Assembly (NCBI GenBank): GCA_964635515.1
Contig: CAZWNU010000003.1
Coordinates: forward strand, 1 to 61,219
From: an uncultured Gammaproteobacteria bacterium
GTDB lineage: Bacteria > Patescibacteriota > Patescibacteriia > Patescibacteriales > JAGXOH01
Direction of reading: 5' to 3'
DNA length: 61,219 nucleotides
Positions 57,339 through 61,219 of this stretch are shown here, one piece after another. Within the stretch, counting starts at the first letter, position 1. Each line of letters begins with the position of its first letter. The notes under the pieces are model-generated. The model saw only the letters and a program-made list of their open reading frames with translations, ran no database searches and was not told the origin of the DNA. The position numbers were made by a program, and so were the translations under genes.

Positions 57339-59723
57339 TTATTTCTTCTTCTTTTGTTTCTCTTCTTCCTTGTTGACTACCTGCGTGGTCTTGATCACTG
57401 TATCCGGGATTAGGGAAATACTATCTATACCGCAGTCTACCAAAAATTCATTGAATTCCGGGAAATCACTCGGTGCCTGGCCGCAGATGCCCACCTTGGT
57501 CTTGGTCTTTTTGGCCACTTCAATTAATTTTTTGATCATCATCTTCACCGATTCATTTTTTTCATCAGCTTTACCGAGTATATGGAACATGTTTCCGGCA
57601 TCCCGATCGATTCCCAGAGTCAGTTGGGTCAGGTCGTTAGAGCCGATGGAGAAACCATCGAATTCCTTGGCAAATTCTTCAGCCAGCAGAATATTGGTGG
57701 GGATTTCAGCCATAACGTAGATCTCCAGATCGTTCTTACCTTGTTTCAAGCCGTTTTTAGCCATGATCTTTTTAACTTCCTTTCCTTCCTCTACGGTTCG
57801 ACAGAAAGGGACCATGATCTTTAGGTTGTTCAAGCCCATTTCCTCTCGTACCCTCCTCAAGGCTTCACATTCCATTTCAAAGGCGGGTAGGAATTCCTCT
57901 GAATAGTATCTATTAGCTCCTCTCCAGCCGATCATGGGATTGGATTCTTGGGGTTCATATTCTTCGCCCCCGATCAAGTTGGCATATTCGTTGCTCTTGA
58001 AATCGGACAGCCTAACAATGCAATCTTTAGGGTATACTGAAGAGGCGATAGTACCTACCCCCTCGGCCAATTTTTGAATGAAAAATTCTTTAGTATCTTC
58101 AAAGCGATCTGTGATTTGGTCAATTTTCTTTTTCAATTCCTTGTCTTTTATCTTTCTATAGTTCAGAAGAGCCAGAGGATGGATTTTGATATAGTTGTTT
58201 ATAATAAATTCCAGTCTGGCCAGGCCGATTCCGTCATTCGGGACAAAAGAAGAGGGAAAGGCCAGGTCAGGAGAGCCGACATTCATCATCATCTTGGTCC
58301 GTGGTCTTTTCAGGTTTTTGATGTCGACTTTATTTATTTCATAAGAGATCTTTCCTTGGTAGATGTAACCGGTCTCTCCTTGAGAGGCGTCTACGGTGAT
58401 ATCTTGTTTAGATTTAACCTTTTCGGAAACATCTCCGGTTCCGACCACGCAAGGTATGCCCATTTCCCTGGAAACTATAGCCGCATGGCAAGTTCTTCCT
58501 CCCTTGTCGGTCACAATAGCTGAAGCTATCTTCATGATCGGCTCCCAGTCCGGATCTGTCATATCTGTTACCAAGACCTCGCCTTCTTTGAATTTTTTAA
58601 TATCAGCCAGATCCATTATTCTGTGGGCAGAGCCGTGTCCGATCTTATCTCCCACGCTTTGTCCGGTGGTTATTACTTTTCCGTTTTCTTTTAACTTATA
58701 CCTTTCTATAACATTCTTGTCCTTAACACTGTTCACCGTCTCTGGTCTAGCCTGGACGATATAGAGTTTACCTTCCTTTCCATCCAAGGCCCACTCCATA
58801 TCCATCGGCATTTGGTAATGCTTTTCTATCATTATCGCCCAATCAGCCAATTGTTTCACCTGTTCATCTGAAATCGATTGTTTTTTTTGATCCTTTTTTC
58901 CCACTTTCATATCCTTGACCGGATTAGTGGCGCTTTTGCTGTAGACCATTCTTAAAGACTTGGCTCCGATGGATCTGGATATGATCGCTCGAGTGGGCTT
59001 AAACACCCAAAATTCATCCGGATTAACTTTTCCTTGGACGATGTTTTCTCCTAATCCGTAAATGGAATTTATTAGAACTACGTTTTCAAAACCGGATTCA
59101 GTATCCAGGCTGAACATTACTCCACTGGAGGCTAGGTCAGAGCGGATCATTTTTTGAACCCCTACCGACAGAGCGATATCAAAGTGATCAAAGCCCCGAC
59201 TTTCTCTGTAGGAAATGGCTCGATTGGTAAAAAGAGAGGAAATACATCTTTTTATAGCTTTTAAAAGCTCTTTTTCTCCCCTGATATTCAAGTAAGTTTC
59301 TTGTTGTCCGGCAAAGGAAGCGTCAGGCAGATCTTCAGCTGTGGCTGAAGATCGAACCGCCACATCCAGATTCTTTGATCCTGATTGACTTGATAGTTCT
59401 TTGTAAGCTTTAGCTATTTCATCTTTCAGGTCCTGGGGGAGCTGGGCTTTCAAGATCAAGTTTCTAACCTTCTCTCCTCTTGTGTAGAGATCATTCACAT
59501 CTTCCGGGTTCAGTCCTTCCAGAGCCTGCCGAATCTTTTTCTTTAATCCCGCTTTTTCCATAAAGTGGTCATAGGCGCTGGCTGTTGTGGCAAAGCCGTT
59601 GGGAACTCTGACTCCGCTCTTCTTGAGTTTGCTGTACATCTCTCCCAGGGAAGCATTCTTTCCTCCCACCTGAGGAACATCTTTGTTGTTCAATTCGTCA
59701 AAGAATTTTATAAATTTGGACAT
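57339..59723 (-). CDS. ppsA: phosphoenolpyruvate synthase (pyruvate, water dikinase)
   Basis: VGGKNASLGEM, AVRSSATAEDLPDASFAGQQET, QARPETV, GGRTCHAAIVSRE, NPMIGWRG, FSIGSNDLTQL, GICGQAPSD. Confidence 0.97.
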   Translation of the reverse strand: MSKFIKFFDELNNKDVPQVGGKNASLGEMYSKLKKSGVRVPNGFATTASAYDHFMEKAGLKKKIRQALEGLNPEDVNDLYTRGEKVRNLILKAQLPQDLKDEIAKAYKELSSQSGSKNLDVAVRSSATAEDLPDASFAGQQETYLNIRGEKELLKAIKRCISSLFTNRAISYRESRGFDHFDIALSVGVQKMIRSDLASSGVMFSLDTESGFENVVLINSIYGLGENIVQGKVNPDEFWVFKPTRAIISRSIGAKSLRMVYSKSATNPVKDMKVGKKDQKKQSISDEQVKQLADWAIMIEKHYQMPMDMEWALDGKEGKLYIVQARPETVNSVKDKNVIERYKLKENGKVITTGQSVGDKIGHGSAHRIMDLADIKKFKEGEVLVTDMTDPDWEPIMKIASAIVTDKGGRTCHAAIVSREMGIPCVVGTGDVSEKVKSKQDITVDASQGETGYIYQGKISYEINKVDIKNLKRPRTKMMMNVGSPDLAFPSSFVPNDGIGLARLEFIINNYIKIHPLALLNYRKIKDKELKKKIDQITDRFEDTKEFFIQKLAEGVGTIASSVYPKDCIVRLSDFKSNEYANLIGGEEYEPQESNPMIGWRGANRYYSEEFLPAFEMECEALRRVREEMGLNNLKIMVPFCRTVEEGKEVKKIMAKNGLKQGKNDLEIYVMAEIPTNILLAEEFAKEFDGFSIGSNDLTQLTLGIDRDAGNMFHILGKADEKNESVKMMIKKLIEVAKKTKTKVGICGQAPSDFPEFNEFLVDCGIDSISLIPDTVIKTTQVVNKEEEKQKKKK

Positions 59724-59873
59724 AGGATTTATTTTAGTTAAGGTTTTTAAATTATTCAGATATAGGGGTTAAATAAAGATAACTACCCAGGTGTTTCAGG
59801 TAGAAATATTTTGCTTTTGGTCTGCTCTAAAGCCGGATGAGACCCCATCCTTTTTAGTTATTGTTATTTTTAT

Positions 59874-60194
59874 TTACAAATTGAATTTTTTACTCCATTC
59901 ATAGACCAAAGGAACTTCGAACCATTCTCCGTTCAGTGTTTTCATGATGCTGACCAAACAGATCACTATCAGGACCAAGGAAAAGAACCAACCTATAATG
60001 GGAATGATGGTCAAAAAGCTCAAGATAAAAAGAACCAATCCCTGTTTGGCATGGAATTGAGCAAAATCGGAATTTCTTTTCAGAAGTAGGGGTATCAAGA
60101 ACAAGATCCAGATATAGGAGAGGGCAGCCACGGCTTTATTGATCTCAATATCCAGTTTTTGGGAATTTTTAGATTCTATTTTTTTCTTCGGCAT
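59874..60194 (-). CDS. DUF4870-like small membrane protein
   Basis: AALSYIWILFLIPLL, FAQFHAKQGLVLF, GEWFEVPLV. Confidence 0.75.
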   Translation of the reverse strand: MPKKKIESKNSQKLDIEINKAVAALSYIWILFLIPLLLKRNSDFAQFHAKQGLVLFILSFLTIIPIIGWFFSLVLIVICLVSIMKTLNGEWFEVPLVYEWSKKFNL

Positions 60195-60263
60195 AGTTTT
60201 TATTTGATTTATTATCTATTATATTGTTATTATATCATATAGTTAAATTAAAACAAAAACTGA

Positions 60264-60347
60264 GCGGATGTGGCGGAATTGGTAGACGCGCATGATTCAG
60301 GTTCATGTGGAGTTTTCTCTGTGCGGGTTCGAGTCCCGCCATCCGCA
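60264..60347 (+). tRNA. tRNA-Leu(CAG), CCA not encoded
   Basis: GCGGATG/CATCCGC acceptor stem, GGCGGAATTGGTAGACGC D-arm, CATGA-TT-CAG-GT-TCATG, long variable arm, GCGGGTTCGAGTCCCGC. Confidence 0.95.
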
Positions 60348-60356
60348 CTTGGTTAC

Positions 60357-60392
60357 AAAAAACCGCCTATCCAAGAGGAAGGCGGTTTTTTT
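60357..60392. terminator. bidirectional terminator between tRNA-Leu and the convergent ORF
   Basis: AAAAAACCGCCT / AGGCGGTTTTTT. Confidence 0.85.
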
Positions 60393-60425
60393 GATTATTG
60401 TTCCTTTTTAAGATTTTTGTATTCT

Positions 60426-61217
60426 TTATTCTAAAAACTCAAAAGAAGAGATCATGTCTTGGCATCGGCTATGGCTTCCGGAGCAGTTTATTATATAGGC
60501 ATAACCGTTTTTGAAGGCATATAATTTTGTCTCGGGCACTTCCTCCAGGGCATGGTTAGTCGTATCTTCTGTCACGCGAAGGTAACTTGCTTTAAAAGAG
60601 TTTTCCGCTTCCACCACATTTTTTTCTAATTCTAATTCCGAGATATTTTCTTGCTCGTTCAAGCTATTTATTCTCAGGTCATAACCCACTTGATCTTGGC
60701 CAACAAAGATTGAAGTAGAAACTTCTCCTTCTATTGCCAAGGAGACAGAGGCCATGGGGTCCTCCTCTTCCATTAAGTCCGAGTCTCCGGGAAGGTCTAT
60801 TTTAAATCCATAATCTTCATTTTCGTAAGTTTTGTGTCCACTCTCTTCTTCAGTCAATTCAAAATAGTCTATTTCTACCTCACCCTCATCAGAAACAGTG
60901 AATCCGGCTTCTGCTTGAAGGGCGATGTGTCCATCTTCATAGTCTACCAGGACAGAGTTGTCACTCAGGAATTCGATATTAGTGACAAAGAAATTTCCGC
61001 CCAAGACCGCTTCCTCAGGAGATAACTCAGAGATATTGTCTCTGATGTATTGTTCAGCCGCTTCCTGACTGTCCAATTCTTCCTCCTCTTCTTCTATTAA
61101 GTCAAAATAGTCTATTTCTACCTCACCCTCATCAGAAACAGTGAATCCGGCTTCTGCTTGAAGGGCGATGTGTCCATCTTCATAGTCTACCAGGACAGAG
61201 TTGTCACTCAGGAATTC
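60426..61217 (-). CDS. acidic, probably exported, protein with tandem 81-aa domains and PsbP-like C-terminus; 5' end lies beyond the window
   Basis: The frame is open from 61217 to the stop at 60426, so the TTG 61076 start is not the real start; repeated ..VDYEDGHIALQAEAGFTV..; YENEDYGFKIDLP; ends ISSFEFLE. Confidence 0.75.
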   Translation of the reverse strand, partial: EFLSDNSVLVDYEDGHIALQAEAGFTVSDEGEVEIDYFDLIEEEEEELDSQEAAEQYIRDNISELSPEEAVLGGNFFVTNIEFLSDNSVLVDYEDGHIALQAEAGFTVSDEGEVEIDYFELTEEESGHKTYENEDYGFKIDLPGDSDLMEEEDPMASVSLAIEGEVSTSIFVGQDQVGYDLRINSLNEQENISELELEKNVVEAENSFKASYLRVTEDTTNHALEEVPETKLYAFKNGYAYIINCSGSHSRCQDMISSFEFLE

Positions 61218-61219
61218 GA
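60859..61219. repeat. exact direct repeat with 243-bp period, running off the window end
   Basis: 60859-60976 is identical to 61102-61219 (118 nt visible). Confidence 0.92.

Noticed and set aside
59790-59812. Purine riboswitch (TTTCTACC) or ZTP riboswitch (CCTGGG) upstream of ppsA
   Set aside because: Only short motif matches; the other conserved elements (UAUAAU/GAUAUGG, GACUGGCG) are absent.

Overview
A 61-kb chromosomal stretch in standard genetic code 11 (TGA is used as stop). Gene content points to a Patescibacteria/CPR bacterium, probably Parcubacteria/ABY1-like (inference): a full type IV pilus set with no secretin seen, DUF4012, CPR-style repeat domains, a divergent 23S rRNA, and core genes lacking Shine-Dalgarno (SD) motifs. 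Order: tRNA-Met, tRNA-Lys, rpmF-nusB-rnc-pilT; a stand-alone 23S rRNA with no 16S in front; a protein-coding ORF inside the 23S-5S spacer; 5S rRNA; a glmS-yvcK(glmR)-HAD-nucleotidyltransferase cluster; a 7TM protein plus orphan histidine kinase plus EndoQ; envelope genes (CAP protein, L,D-transpeptidase, DUF4012, mreB, GT4, S8/FG-GAP protease, an SDR epimerase with an altered active site); pilC, minor pilins and pilMNO; a convergent pilB-led glycosylation operon with two paralogous uncharacterised membrane proteins; mraY-ftsW-murG-murC, an ABC exporter, orphan dapA, murB, cca, Nudix, nnrDE; an accessory patch (AAA/DUF4143 ATPase, ECF sigma/anti-sigma/secreted target sharing a 13-bp motif, stand-alone Smr, an unannotated 44-aa basic ORF, tRNA-Glu, an ORFan); then tsaD, ppsA, tRNA-Leu and a truncated acidic repeat protein. 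No CRISPR array, transposase, integrase or rRNA intron was seen. Best leads: the SD-bearing RHH-like ORF in the 23S-5S spacer, the pilB-coupled glycosylation operon with a new membrane module, the degenerate UDP-xylose-synthase homolog, and the ECF regulon motif. All calls are by eye from motifs; no database search was run.
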